Positions 1 through 9,635 of a stretch of DNA of 64,000 bases are shown piece by piece. The translations under genes and the position numbers were made by a program. Numbering within the stretch: the stretch's first letter is position 1; the number at the start of each line of letters is the position of its first letter. Under the pieces are notes generated by a model, which had not been told where the DNA came from, made no database searches, and was given only the letters and a program-made list of their open reading frames with translations. Origin of the DNA: Limisphaerales bacterium (GTDB lineage: Bacteria > Verrucomicrobiota > Verrucomicrobiia > Limisphaerales > JAJOIW01); contig CBFHOE010000007.1 in assembly GCA_965657355.1 (NCBI GenBank), positions 64,001 to 128,000 of the forward strand, read 5' to 3'.

Positions 1-2
1 TG

Positions 3-776
3 TTGGCAAATAAAGAATTCATAACGGCATCAAGAAACTGGGTTTGCGTGAGACTTGATTCATACGAAAGCGTGCATAACCAGAACCTTATAAGAAAATA
101 TCTCAATGGAAGATTTGAAAATACAGCATTCGTTCTTTTATCGCCTGATTGCAAACCCATAGCCCGAAAAGGAAGCAGATCTCCGCTCATGACTTTCGGG
201 TCAGTTCAAGCGACGGTAGATTCCATGAATATATACTCCCTCGAATATGAGCGAAAAAACAAAAAACAAAACCCGAATCCCCAAGATTTTGAATCAATCA
301 AAACGTCTCTTAATGTGGCATCGGCTGATCAACGCCCACTTATTGTCATTAGTTCACCCAAAAACTCTAGAAGAACAATTTATGAAAAAATAAGGAATGT
401 ATTTAGCCATAAAGACCTTATTGGAAGGTTTCACTTTGATTTTGAAGACCCCGATGGAAACTGGAGTTCATTTATTTCGGGGATTTCGAGTACAAGTGAC
501 GGCTTGTTTATCATTTTTCCAGATGAGTTTGGTCAAAAAGGAAAAGTTCTAAAGAGACTACCGATTGAGATTAAAACATTTGATCTTATCGAAGAATTGA
601 AATCAGCAAATTTAGACTTTACCAGAGTGACTCCAGTTAAGAACTATTCTGCCCATATAAAAAAAGGGAGAGCATTGAACATTTTCTTTGAACCTGAAAT
701 CCCATACGGGGAAGACAGAAATGGTGACGGGGTCATCGATCATCGCGGAGGGTTACAAGGCCGGCGCAGAAAGTAA
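3..776 (+). CDS. Hypothetical protein, possibly thioredoxin-like fold; probably 5'-truncated by the window edge
   Basis: Open from the window start. 'ASRNWVCVRLDSYE...ENTAFVLLSPD' resembles PVC thioredoxin-like hypotheticals; C-terminal DRNGDGVID is an EF-hand-like loop. Confidence 0.6.
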   Translation: MANKEFITASRNWVCVRLDSYESVHNQNLIRKYLNGRFENTAFVLLSPDCKPIARKGSRSPLMTFGSVQATVDSMNIYSLEYERKNKKQNPNPQDFESIKTSLNVASADQRPLIVISSPKNSRRTIYEKIRNVFSHKDLIGRFHFDFEDPDGNWSSFISGISSTSDGLFIIFPDEFGQKGKVLKRLPIEIKTFDLIEELKSANLDFTRVTPVKNYSAHIKKGRALNIFFEPEIPYGEDRNGDGVIDHRGGLQGRRRK

Positions 777-827
777 ATAAATCACCCCTGAACCTCATAT
801 TTCCGATATTATACGGAGAGGTGAATA

Positions 828-1958
828 TCAATTTGAAGATTCTCTTTTCATGAGTTCCCCTTTTATGAGCATTTCTCTTTTTGGTAATCCTGCAGTTTTT
901 AACCGGCTCATCATTGCATCATATGCGACTATACCGATCTGTCTGGACTGATGTGAAAAAGTAGTCAAAGGTGGTTCAATTAATTGGCTGTATTGAGTAT
1001 TGTCGAATGACACCAATTTTAAATAATCAGTAATATTGACTTTTAATTTTTTTAAACCCGCAATTAATAAACCAGCATAGGCATCGGATTCGCAAATTAT
1101 TCCCGTTCTGGCGAATTTATTATCTTTGGTGGACAAAGAGAGAACCAATTCGATGAAACCTTTGTCTTCCGGATCCCCTGTTAAGATTTCTAATTTCAGA
1201 TTTTCATTTTCATATTCAGCTACTGCAATCCGACTTCCATTAATACGTAATTGTATGTGGGGTCCAGTTTCTTCGGATTTGATGAAGCAGAGGCGTTTAA
1301 GATGACCTTCAAGCAAGTGCTTACCAACTGCATAACCAGCTTGGAAGTGGTCAGAGGAGACAACATCATATGACGACGGGCTTGGGAAGTCATTTACATC
1401 AGAGTTTAAAAGAACTAACGGAACTCTACTCTGGTGTAAAATTTCCATGACACGAAGGTTTATTTCCTTATGAGACATTAGACCAGAGGTAAAGGGGGCA
1501 AAAAAAACTCCGTCCGCCTGGATTTTTGAGAATCTCACAGCGGCTTGAATAACTCTTTCGTTGTAATCGATTTCATTATCCGTCCCCAAACCCCATAGAA
1601 GTAGGTTATCATTTTTTTCGCTCTCCGCTGCTATGCTACCGCATATCGGGTCAAATATTTCATTATCACCCAAGCCTGGAGCAATTAGGCCAAACACGTT
1701 TTGTTTAATCGATGCTGATTGGGTCACGGTGCTGACGAATGAGCCAGCGCCTGCCTTACGCGTAATAAGGCCTTCTGATTCAAGATCATTCAATGCACGG
1801 GCAATGGTTGGGCGGCTGTGACCGAAGTGACTGACCAGGCTCTTTTCTGTGGGTAACTGGTCGCCTGGTAGGAAATGTCCAGTTAGGATTTTGTTCTTAA
1901 GGTATTGGAATACAGCTTTGTGTTTGAGCTTTGAAGAATTAATGATTTTTTCACTCAT
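828..1958 (-). CDS. GntR-family HTH regulator with LacI-type sugar-binding domain (AraR-like)
   Basis: N-terminal 'PGDQLPTEKSLVSHFGHSRPTIARALNDLESEGLITRKAGAGSFV'; C-terminal 'VSFDNTQYSQLIEPPLTT'. Confidence 0.9.
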   Translation of the reverse strand: MSEKIINSSKLKHKAVFQYLKNKILTGHFLPGDQLPTEKSLVSHFGHSRPTIARALNDLESEGLITRKAGAGSFVSTVTQSASIKQNVFGLIAPGLGDNEIFDPICGSIAAESEKNDNLLLWGLGTDNEIDYNERVIQAAVRFSKIQADGVFFAPFTSGLMSHKEINLRVMEILHQSRVPLVLLNSDVNDFPSPSSYDVVSSDHFQAGYAVGKHLLEGHLKRLCFIKSEETGPHIQLRINGSRIAVAEYENENLKLEILTGDPEDKGFIELVLSLSTKDNKFARTGIICESDAYAGLLIAGLKKLKVNITDYLKLVSFDNTQYSQLIEPPLTTFSHQSRQIGIVAYDAMMSRLKTAGLPKREMLIKGELMKRESSN

Positions 1959-2008
1959 CGAAATAAGATAGCCCGGTTAGAGAGCTCGATCTAAGGACTG
2001 TGATGCCG

Positions 2009-3118
2009 CTATATCTCTTTGGTCAACTGCGATATTGAGAAATACTTTCCAGGGCAAGCCGTCGACTTCTTATACCTCTTATATGACATTTTATGAGTTG
2101 TGATGTTTGATTTTGGAATACCACATTGAGCCATGATATATCTGCAGAGAGCTGTGAGTTGCTTCATTTGAAGCGAAGAAGGAGGTCGCTTTTCAAAGTC
2201 TCCAACAAGACAAATGCCTATGGACGTCGCATTCAGATAAGAGATCGCCGTATGGCCGCCATCCAACTGTTTTTTCCATCGCCCCCCAATGGCAATTTCT
2301 CCATTTTTCATCCCACCTTTTCCATTTCCAATTAGAAAATGGTAAGCAAGTCCATTTTGCATCCCTCGGCGCCGGTGTGCACTATCTATAGATTTATAAT
2401 TCCCGACTTCAGTCGCAGTATGGTGGACCATAATTCTTTTCCATTTCTTAGGATTTGGTTTAATGACTTCCAACTGCTTCCTGACATCATAGGATAGACC
2501 GTATGATGGATTAATTAACTTACCAGCTGCATTAGAAGGAATGCGGAGCAACTGACCTGCCTTAATGAAATTTGCATTCTTTAGTTGATTGGCCCTGACT
2601 AAATCTTTCACAGTCGTGCCATTTCGTTTTGCTACACTGGATAAATCATCACCTTGTTTGACGCGATAAAGCCTTGATTGACTTGCAACATTTTTACTGG
2701 ATTGTCGAATTTTTAATTTTTGCCCGATGTAGATATTATTGACATTAGCTAGGTCATTATCAGATGAAATGGCAACGGTATTTGTATTAAACCTTTTGGC
2801 TATGGTAGAAAGTTTGTCTCCTTTCTTAACTGTGTAGTTAATAAAAAGTTCGGGCTCAGATGTTGATAGTTCCGGAATAAAGAGGATCTGCCCCGGCAGA
2901 ATGACTGAGTTAACCGAAATCTTGTTCGCCTTGGCAATAGCAACGGGAGTCGTCTCAAATTGATTTGCAATCAGTGTTAGGTTGTCGTTGGGCTTAACTT
3001 TGTAGCTCTTGCCTTGAGTATCAATCGATGTGACAACGAATATACAAATAAAGCTCAGAATGAAATAGATTCCCTTATATGCACTTGATATGACCATATT
3101 AACAAAACCAATGGGCAA
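2009..3118 (-). CDS. N-acetylmuramoyl-L-alanine amidase (Amidase_2) with three LysM domains
   Basis: Three LysM repeats (YKVKPNDNL, YTVKKGDKL, YRVKQGDDL); amidase motifs HHTA, AYHFLI, SIGICLVG, H...CPG; hydrophobic N-terminus. True start may be slightly downstream. Confidence 0.9.
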   Translation of the reverse strand: MPIGFVNMVISSAYKGIYFILSFICIFVVTSIDTQGKSYKVKPNDNLTLIANQFETTPVAIAKANKISVNSVILPGQILFIPELSTSEPELFINYTVKKGDKLSTIAKRFNTNTVAISSDNDLANVNNIYIGQKLKIRQSSKNVASQSRLYRVKQGDDLSSVAKRNGTTVKDLVRANQLKNANFIKAGQLLRIPSNAAGKLINPSYGLSYDVRKQLEVIKPNPKKWKRIMVHHTATEVGNYKSIDSAHRRRGMQNGLAYHFLIGNGKGGMKNGEIAIGGRWKKQLDGGHTAISYLNATSIGICLVGDFEKRPPSSLQMKQLTALCRYIMAQCGIPKSNITTHKMSYKRYKKSTACPGKYFSISQLTKEI

Positions 3119-3239
3119 CCCTTTGAAATCAAATGGTCATATATTTTAGAGATAAAATCCAACAAATAACCCATTTATAGCTAATAAATTTTGGCAATAG
3201 ATGATTGAATCAGATTGTCGACCCCAAAATAAACTCGAT

Positions 3240-4823
3240 TTATTTGGGATTCCCGGGATCTGAGTCCTCTGCACTTCCCCCGTCATTGGTCGCAGGAGTT
3301 TCAATTTGACTAACATCGGTAGCTTGCTTTTCTGGAGACGGTGCTGGTAGTCCCAATTCAGATCTAAGATTCATCCTAAGCTGGGGATGCCAAGGGCTTA
3401 AGTCTGGATCCAAAAGAGATTTGAGGACACCGCTTTTGATCACTGAAAATGCGGGGAACATCACTCTGCCATATTGGTTATCTGAATCGGATACAGAGGT
3501 TTCTTTTACAAATTTAACGTAGGCTTTTTCAGCGAGCTGAAGGTTATTGAACCCCTGCTCATCTTCGCCGATAGCAATGTTATAAAAAGCAGTAGACAGG
3601 ACTCCATCGAGCAGCACTCTAACACGGTCTCGAGAGGTTTCATTGAGCAGCTCAGAAATTCTTTCAACACAAAATTGATCTAATGATAGGCCAGGTCTCA
3701 CAGCTTGTGGATACTCATTATTTAGCATTTCAAACCATTGCGCTGCTTCATCTCTTCTATTGTGGGTGAAACAATAATATGCAGCTTCTGCTATCATGTT
3801 TTTGTGACCGGTTTTTATGTGATTTCTCCACTCTTCGTTTTCAGCCGCCATCATATCGCGGAATGACTTATCCGCATTTACTACGAGGTCAAGATTCGGA
3901 CCAAAATCGAACTCGCTCACATCGCCAATTGGGACTGGAATGAGACGACCTCTGCGAAAAGCCAACTGCATCGATTGGTATATGACTCGGCGTAATTTTA
4001 TAAATTCTTCCTTCTTAATTTCCACGAACCCGGATGAATCGTCGGAATATTGTTCCTCAACAACCTGTATTCCCTCTGCCGCCCAGTAGATGGCATGCGT
4101 CTCGGGTAAGCGCCATTCAAATGGGCCATAATCAAGGTGCACCTTTTTCATGATCTCCGGATCCATCTTGAATTCTTCACGAAGAATTCTCGCTCTTTCC
4201 ATTTCATCAGGATCATCGGGATCGGGATTGATGAGACCTTCAAAATCGGGCTCATCATTAACTAAAACATCTGAGAACATGTTGGCCCATATGGATTTGT
4301 AATACATATTTCCCGCATCTAAATCCATTCCAAGCTTGTGTTGGAAATGCCAAGCCAATTCTCTGTAAAGATCTACGCTATTAGGGTTGTATTTTATCCC
4401 ACCATCTCTGAGCAACTCGATTCCTCTTCTCACCCATGGCCATTTTTCTTGCCCGCTGTCAAATTTAACCGAAATATTATAGGCAAGATTCCAACCCAAA
4501 TGGATCCAAACATCCGGGATGGTGGGTTGCATCTGAGTTATCCAATGACTGAGTTGAACAAACTCATAATATTTACCATCCATCTGGAGGTCGTAAAGCC
4601 TCATCCAGAGGTTGTTGGCAATAAGCCCTCTGAAACCACCCAAAGCAACAGTTGAAAAAGCTAGTAATGGGGGGGCATTCTTAAGGGGCTCCGTATTCCG
4701 AGTAAGCCCCATTCGATCACGTTTAACATTCAATGAATTCTGAGTTAAACCACAGCAAAGCAAACAGACGATAACTATGAGAATTATCGATGGTTTGAAT
4801 AATTTGTTTTGCATGTTCCCCAT
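3240..4823 (-). CDS. Membrane-anchored helical/TPR-like protein of a conserved PVC family, possibly a distant PilG/XapA-like ABC accessory protein
   Basis: N-terminal hydrophobic anchor; conserved-looking block 'LGGFRGLIANNLWMR...WITQMQP...VWIHLGWNLAYNISV...GIKYNP...LYRELAW'; lies 26 bp after an ABC permease. Confidence 0.65.
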   Translation of the reverse strand: MGNMQNKLFKPSIILIVIVCLLCCGLTQNSLNVKRDRMGLTRNTEPLKNAPPLLAFSTVALGGFRGLIANNLWMRLYDLQMDGKYYEFVQLSHWITQMQPTIPDVWIHLGWNLAYNISVKFDSGQEKWPWVRRGIELLRDGGIKYNPNSVDLYRELAWHFQHKLGMDLDAGNMYYKSIWANMFSDVLVNDEPDFEGLINPDPDDPDEMERARILREEFKMDPEIMKKVHLDYGPFEWRLPETHAIYWAAEGIQVVEEQYSDDSSGFVEIKKEEFIKLRRVIYQSMQLAFRRGRLIPVPIGDVSEFDFGPNLDLVVNADKSFRDMMAAENEEWRNHIKTGHKNMIAEAAYYCFTHNRRDEAAQWFEMLNNEYPQAVRPGLSLDQFCVERISELLNETSRDRVRVLLDGVLSTAFYNIAIGEDEQGFNNLQLAEKAYVKFVKETSVSDSDNQYGRVMFPAFSVIKSGVLKSLLDPDLSPWHPQLRMNLRSELGLPAPSPEKQATDVSQIETPATNDGGSAEDSDPGNPK

Positions 4824-4849
4824 AAGTATTTCAGTAAATTAAGTAATTC

Positions 4850-6250
4850 TTATTTTCCCTGGGCGGTAGCTATTTCCCTTTTTTGGAAAATAAAAATTCC
4901 GATACTCGAAAGCGTCCCTCCAAATAAGACAATAATTTGGAGAAAAGCTCTCAAAATTTGATCCCAGCCAACGGTTCTACCATTACTTAAAGAGTCCACA
5001 GGCGAGAAGTCCGCGATAAGATCTAAAGCGAATTTTATGGCTTCCAAGAAAGGCAACCCAATGGCATCGATGACAGGGTAGTATCGTGTTGGCCCATTTT
5101 TACTGTCATTATAGTCAATCCCAAGAATGGTATTGGTGTCGAGGGTGCTAGCAATAGCGTCTCGGCTAAAAAAGATGATAAGCGCTGTCATGCAAAGAAA
5201 TGCCGCTACAGAAAATGAGAGAAAGGAGCTCGCAGTTAAAGCCAGCATCGCTACCAAGGCAAGCCAACAATAAAGGATAAAAATCCCCCTCAAGTAATTT
5301 GCGATGAAGCCACCCTCTCTGTATAAGACTTCTAAAGAGTCTACCATCGGAAAGAGTAATTCCGAGTTACTCATATTTTGCATCATGATGTAGAGGTTTC
5401 CATCATCATCAATACTACCAGGAAGCAAAGCAAACTCATACCACACACCAACGGGAACATTGAGCTCCCGAAAAGAGGCGTTTTCGGCCATTCCTTTTCC
5501 TATGTGCCATACTGTTGGGTAAAGATTAGGATCTTCGTCATCAAGCAGGAATGCTGGTGTTTGCATTTTAACCCTCAGAAAAAGTGGCTTATCGACCAGC
5601 TTTGATTTCTTCAGGGAAAAATCAAGCTGCCATATTCTTGCCGCACCAGGACGAACAAGCTGATATTCTTTTTCGACGTCAGCTTTAATCTGAGTTTTTA
5701 CAGCATCCCAGTTCTCGGAGGGCAAGTCCTGTTCTTCGACGATTGTTTTAAATCTCTCTTCGATAAAAGGCGTTAAATCGGGAGTCTCTTCAGAAACGGC
5801 AGAGCGAGCAACAAGGATTTTTTCGTTGAGCATTTCCTTTTCCGATTGGTTGAGCTCACCTGACTTCAAAACAAGAACACAACTTATTATAATTGCCGAA
5901 AGTCCCAAAAGAACAAAATTGATTGCCAATATGCCCATTAATTTGCCAAGCCAAACCTGTGCTCTAGAAACAGGCTTCACAACAAGGACCTGCATCTGAC
6001 ATTCTTCGAGTTCCTTCGAGATTGCGCTGCAACCCAACCAAATAGTCACTACCCCAAGAATGATGGTTACAAGAGTCAATGTGTAACCAAGAATGATAGA
6101 GGCGTAACCTGTAGCAGTCTCATCATGCTTTATAAAAGTTGGCAACAGAATGACACTAAGGACGAGCGCCATCGCAAGGAAGATGACTAGCTTCTGTTTG
6201 ATCGCCCCTTTTACGGTCAAAATTGCTATGGAAAGAACCTTTTGCACCAT
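4850..6250 (-). CDS. ABC-2 type exporter permease with large extracytoplasmic domain
   Basis: Several TM helices; 'ISKELEECQMQVLVVKPVSRAQVWLGKLMG' ABC-2 loop; C-terminal 'FIFQKREIA'. Confidence 0.85.
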   Translation of the reverse strand: MVQKVLSIAILTVKGAIKQKLVIFLAMALVLSVILLPTFIKHDETATGYASIILGYTLTLVTIILGVVTIWLGCSAISKELEECQMQVLVVKPVSRAQVWLGKLMGILAINFVLLGLSAIIISCVLVLKSGELNQSEKEMLNEKILVARSAVSEETPDLTPFIEERFKTIVEEQDLPSENWDAVKTQIKADVEKEYQLVRPGAARIWQLDFSLKKSKLVDKPLFLRVKMQTPAFLLDDEDPNLYPTVWHIGKGMAENASFRELNVPVGVWYEFALLPGSIDDDGNLYIMMQNMSNSELLFPMVDSLEVLYREGGFIANYLRGIFILYCWLALVAMLALTASSFLSFSVAAFLCMTALIIFFSRDAIASTLDTNTILGIDYNDSKNGPTRYYPVIDAIGLPFLEAIKFALDLIADFSPVDSLSNGRTVGWDQILRAFLQIIVLFGGTLSSIGIFIFQKREIATAQGK

Positions 6251-6332
6251 TTCGCCCTATTCAAAAATACCACTGGCATTTGTTCGATTCAAATCACCAG
6301 GCATAAATTCACCGATTCCTAATGAGAGAAAA

Positions 6333-7589
6333 TTATTTAGACTCCTCATCATTATGATTATTTTCATCCTCGCCTCCGAGCAGAGATGAGAGTTTTTTAT
6401 TTGCTTTTTCTATGGATTCCTTATCGAGTTCCTGGTCAGTTTTTTGCGGTTCTGAGTCCCTATTTTTCTCGGGCTGCTGAGTAAAGGAAGACAACATCTG
6501 GTTGGCTTCTTTCTGCCGATTTTCACTAATTTCCGATTCGGTAGGCTCATTTACCTCCTTACCGGATACGGTTTCTGATCCACCCGAAAGTCTATCGAGT
6601 ATTTTGTCACCCTTGGAAACCGAAGATTCCCCGGACTCCCCTTTGAGGTATGTTGCGACCTCATTCCCAGAAGTGGCCCCTGATGTTGATTCGTCTGACT
6701 GTCGGGCCTCTTCAACAACACTTAAAAAGTAACTTTCCAAATCTTGAGTTGGAACGTCCACCTGCACTTCTTTTTCATTCACATGCCCTTTGATAGAGCC
6801 AAGCACGCTCTCCATGGCTGATTTTTCCAATGCGGGAATGGTAATTTGAAGGGAATCTGGCTCACTGAGCAGCTCATTCATAGTTCCTCTCGCTTGTATC
6901 TTACCTCCGTAGTATATGACAACCTGGTCACAGACGTCTTGAACATCAGCGAGTAGGTGGCTCGATAAAATGACCGTTTTCCCCCTGTTGGCTAGTGCTA
7001 AAATAAGGTCTTTAACTTCTCTACACCCTATTGGATCCAAGCCAGCAGTTGGTTCATCAAGAATCACAAGGTCTGGATCATTGATGAGTGCTTGAGCCAA
7101 ACCAATTCTTCTCTGCATTCCCTTTGAAAACTCACCTACAGTTCTACGTTGAACATTTTTCAACCCAACCATATCCAGGAGTTGTTCTGATCTTCGTTTT
7201 CTTTCGTCCTTTGGTAGATCAAATAAACTTCCAAAAAAATCAATGGTCTCTTTCGAATCGAGGTATTTGTAGAGATATGACTCTTCAGGTAAATATCCGA
7301 TCCGTGATTTTGTTTGGACATGTCTTGGTGATCTTCCAAAAACCTCCACATGACCCTTTGATGGGTAAAGTAGACCAAGCAATATTTTCACGGTTGTTGA
7401 TTTACCCGAACCATTGGGGCCCAAAAGACCAAATACCTGCCCTCTTTTGATGTCAAAACTAACGTCATTGACAGCACGCGCCTTGGGCCTGCCCCAAAAA
7501 TCTTTGAAAACTTTTCGAAGGCCCTTGACAGACACCACTATGTCATCTTGCTTGGTCGTTTCAGTAGAGTTTTGAGAAGTATCGATCAT
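6333..7589 (-). CDS. ABC exporter ATP-binding protein with long acidic C-terminal tail
   Basis: Walker A GPNGSGKS, signature FSKGMQRR, Walker B VILDEP, H-loop SSHL. Confidence 0.95.
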   Translation of the reverse strand: MIDTSQNSTETTKQDDIVVSVKGLRKVFKDFWGRPKARAVNDVSFDIKRGQVFGLLGPNGSGKSTTVKILLGLLYPSKGHVEVFGRSPRHVQTKSRIGYLPEESYLYKYLDSKETIDFFGSLFDLPKDERKRRSEQLLDMVGLKNVQRRTVGEFSKGMQRRIGLAQALINDPDLVILDEPTAGLDPIGCREVKDLILALANRGKTVILSSHLLADVQDVCDQVVIYYGGKIQARGTMNELLSEPDSLQITIPALEKSAMESVLGSIKGHVNEKEVQVDVPTQDLESYFLSVVEEARQSDESTSGATSGNEVATYLKGESGESSVSKGDKILDRLSGGSETVSGKEVNEPTESEISENRQKEANQMLSSFTQQPEKNRDSEPQKTDQELDKESIEKANKKLSSLLGGEDENNHNDEESK

Positions 7590-7620
7590 GATTTCTTAGT
7601 ATAAATTTTTAAGCGCGAAT

Positions 7621-9618
7621 TCAGATGGCGGCCGGGCTTGATTTGAGATTGTCTGAAGATGATCCCTGTTCCGAATCATCAGATTCGGAGTTCTCGTTGA
7701 TAAAAGGCTCAAGATGTTCTCCTTGTCTTACCAGTCGGGCACTGTTGAAAATGACAATCAGAGAGCCAACATTGTAAAGAACGGCAGCGAGGATCGGATT
7801 GATGAATCCAAAAGCTGCAGTGCTCACACCCACAAAAATAAACAGGATGCCGAATAAAAAATTCTGATTGATTATGGAACGAGTGCTGCGAGAGAGTTGG
7901 ACTAGGAATGGAATTCTTCTAAGATCATTATTCATTAGCGCTATAGTCGCTGTATTGATAGCTACTTCACTTCCAGCGGCTCCCATGGCAATACTAATAT
8001 CTCCAGCCGCAAGTGCGGGGGCATCATTTACCCCATCGCCAACAACAGCTGTCTTAAACCCCTTATCCCTCATGTTTTTTACAAAATCTACTTTGTGTTG
8101 CGGGAGACATTCAGCAGCGACTTCTTCGCAGCCGATTTCTTCCGCCACTTTTTCAGCTACCGGCTTCCTGTCGCCGGATACCATTGCGATCCTGCGCATT
8201 CCACTTTCCTTGAGCAATGCTAGGGATTCTTTTGCCTCGTCTCGTATTCTGTCTTTCAGTGCTATCCAGCCGAGTAATTTGCCATCTTCGGCGACAAACA
8301 TCAAACTAGCACCTTCTTTTTCCTCCTGAGGCAAATCCGAATCTATGTCACTAGGCAAACCTTGAGACTTCAACCAGCTCGCCCTCCCGGCTAAGACTGT
8401 CTTGCCGTTAATAGTCGATTGAATTCCTTGCCCTGCTATTTCCTTGAAGTTACCGGGATCATCAAGTTCGATCTCTGCTTCGGTAGCCAAAAACTGTAGA
8501 GCCTTTGCCGTGGGGTGGTTACTAAATTTCTCAGCTGAAGCTGCTGTTTTGAGTAATTGAGCCGGAGTTACGCCTTCGTTAGGGGATAAACGACTAACTG
8601 CAAGTGTTCCGAAAGTTAGAGTTCCAGTTTTATCAAAGACAAAGGAATTAATTTTTGCAGCAGATTCCAAATCGCTGACATTTTTAATGAGAATACCTAA
8701 TCTGGCGGCAGCTGAGAGTGAGGCAACCATGGCGGTAGGTGATGCCAAAATAAATGCGGCTGGGCACGCCATGACCAGGACAGAGATGACCCTCAAAGGC
8801 TCTTCAGTAAACACCCAGACCATGGCAGCGATCACTAGCACAAGAGGAGTGTAGTATCCAATGTATTGGTCAATGATTCGCATTATGGGCAGTTTAGTTT
8901 TCTCAGCGGCGAGGATGAGGTTTCTGACCTTTCCCAATGTGGTGTCCTGACCGGCACGGGTTACTTTAACCTCTAGCAGACCTGTCAAATTCACAGTTCC
9001 GGCATAGACTTCGTCTTTTTCCTTCTTATCAACAGGTATGGATTCCCCAGTAATATTGGCCTGGTTTACGGACGCCTCCCCCTTTAGGACGACTCCGTCG
9101 GCTGGCACATTGTCGCCAGGACGTATACGAATAAGATCATCAACTTTTAATTCTTGGACAGCGACTTCCTTCTCTTCGCCCCCGGCTGTGATCAAACGGG
9201 CTTTTGTTGGGGTCAATTTGATAAGGGATTCAATTGATGCGCGAGCGCCCTCGGCTGTTCTAGTTTCAATGAATTCACCAACCAGCATAAAAAAAGCGAC
9301 GATCCCTGCGATTTGATATTCACCCAATGTAAAAGCAGCTAAAACGGCGATAGCCACGAGCTCGTTGATAGTGAGTTTGGCATTCACTACGTCGTTCCAT
9401 GCTTTCACCAATATTGGTATCATCAACAGCAGGGCACCAAGCATGGCGCTTGCAGCTGAAAGACTTTGAGAGCCAGGAAATAATTGTTTGACGATAATGG
9501 CATTAATTAAAAATAACACGCCTATCGCTGTTTGCTTAAAACGTAAAGGAATCGATTCCATAGATGGATTTACTAATGTAGGCTGTTGATTAGTTACTTT
9601 CTGATTAGCTTCTGACAT
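7621..9618 (-). CDS. P1B-type (heavy-metal family) P-type ATPase with non-canonical CPA motif
   Basis: TGES, DKTGT, HP and GDGVNDAP motifs; transmembrane motif ACPAAF; no N-terminal metal-binding domain. Confidence 0.92.
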   Translation of the reverse strand: MSEANQKVTNQQPTLVNPSMESIPLRFKQTAIGVLFLINAIIVKQLFPGSQSLSAASAMLGALLLMIPILVKAWNDVVNAKLTINELVAIAVLAAFTLGEYQIAGIVAFFMLVGEFIETRTAEGARASIESLIKLTPTKARLITAGGEEKEVAVQELKVDDLIRIRPGDNVPADGVVLKGEASVNQANITGESIPVDKKEKDEVYAGTVNLTGLLEVKVTRAGQDTTLGKVRNLILAAEKTKLPIMRIIDQYIGYYTPLVLVIAAMVWVFTEEPLRVISVLVMACPAAFILASPTAMVASLSAAARLGILIKNVSDLESAAKINSFVFDKTGTLTFGTLAVSRLSPNEGVTPAQLLKTAASAEKFSNHPTAKALQFLATEAEIELDDPGNFKEIAGQGIQSTINGKTVLAGRASWLKSQGLPSDIDSDLPQEEKEGASLMFVAEDGKLLGWIALKDRIRDEAKESLALLKESGMRRIAMVSGDRKPVAEKVAEEIGCEEVAAECLPQHKVDFVKNMRDKGFKTAVVGDGVNDAPALAAGDISIAMGAAGSEVAINTATIALMNNDLRRIPFLVQLSRSTRSIINQNFLFGILFIFVGVSTAAFGFINPILAAVLYNVGSLIVIFNSARLVRQGEHLEPFINENSESDDSEQGSSSDNLKSSPAAI

Positions 9619-9635
9619 AATTTAATCCCCTTTGT

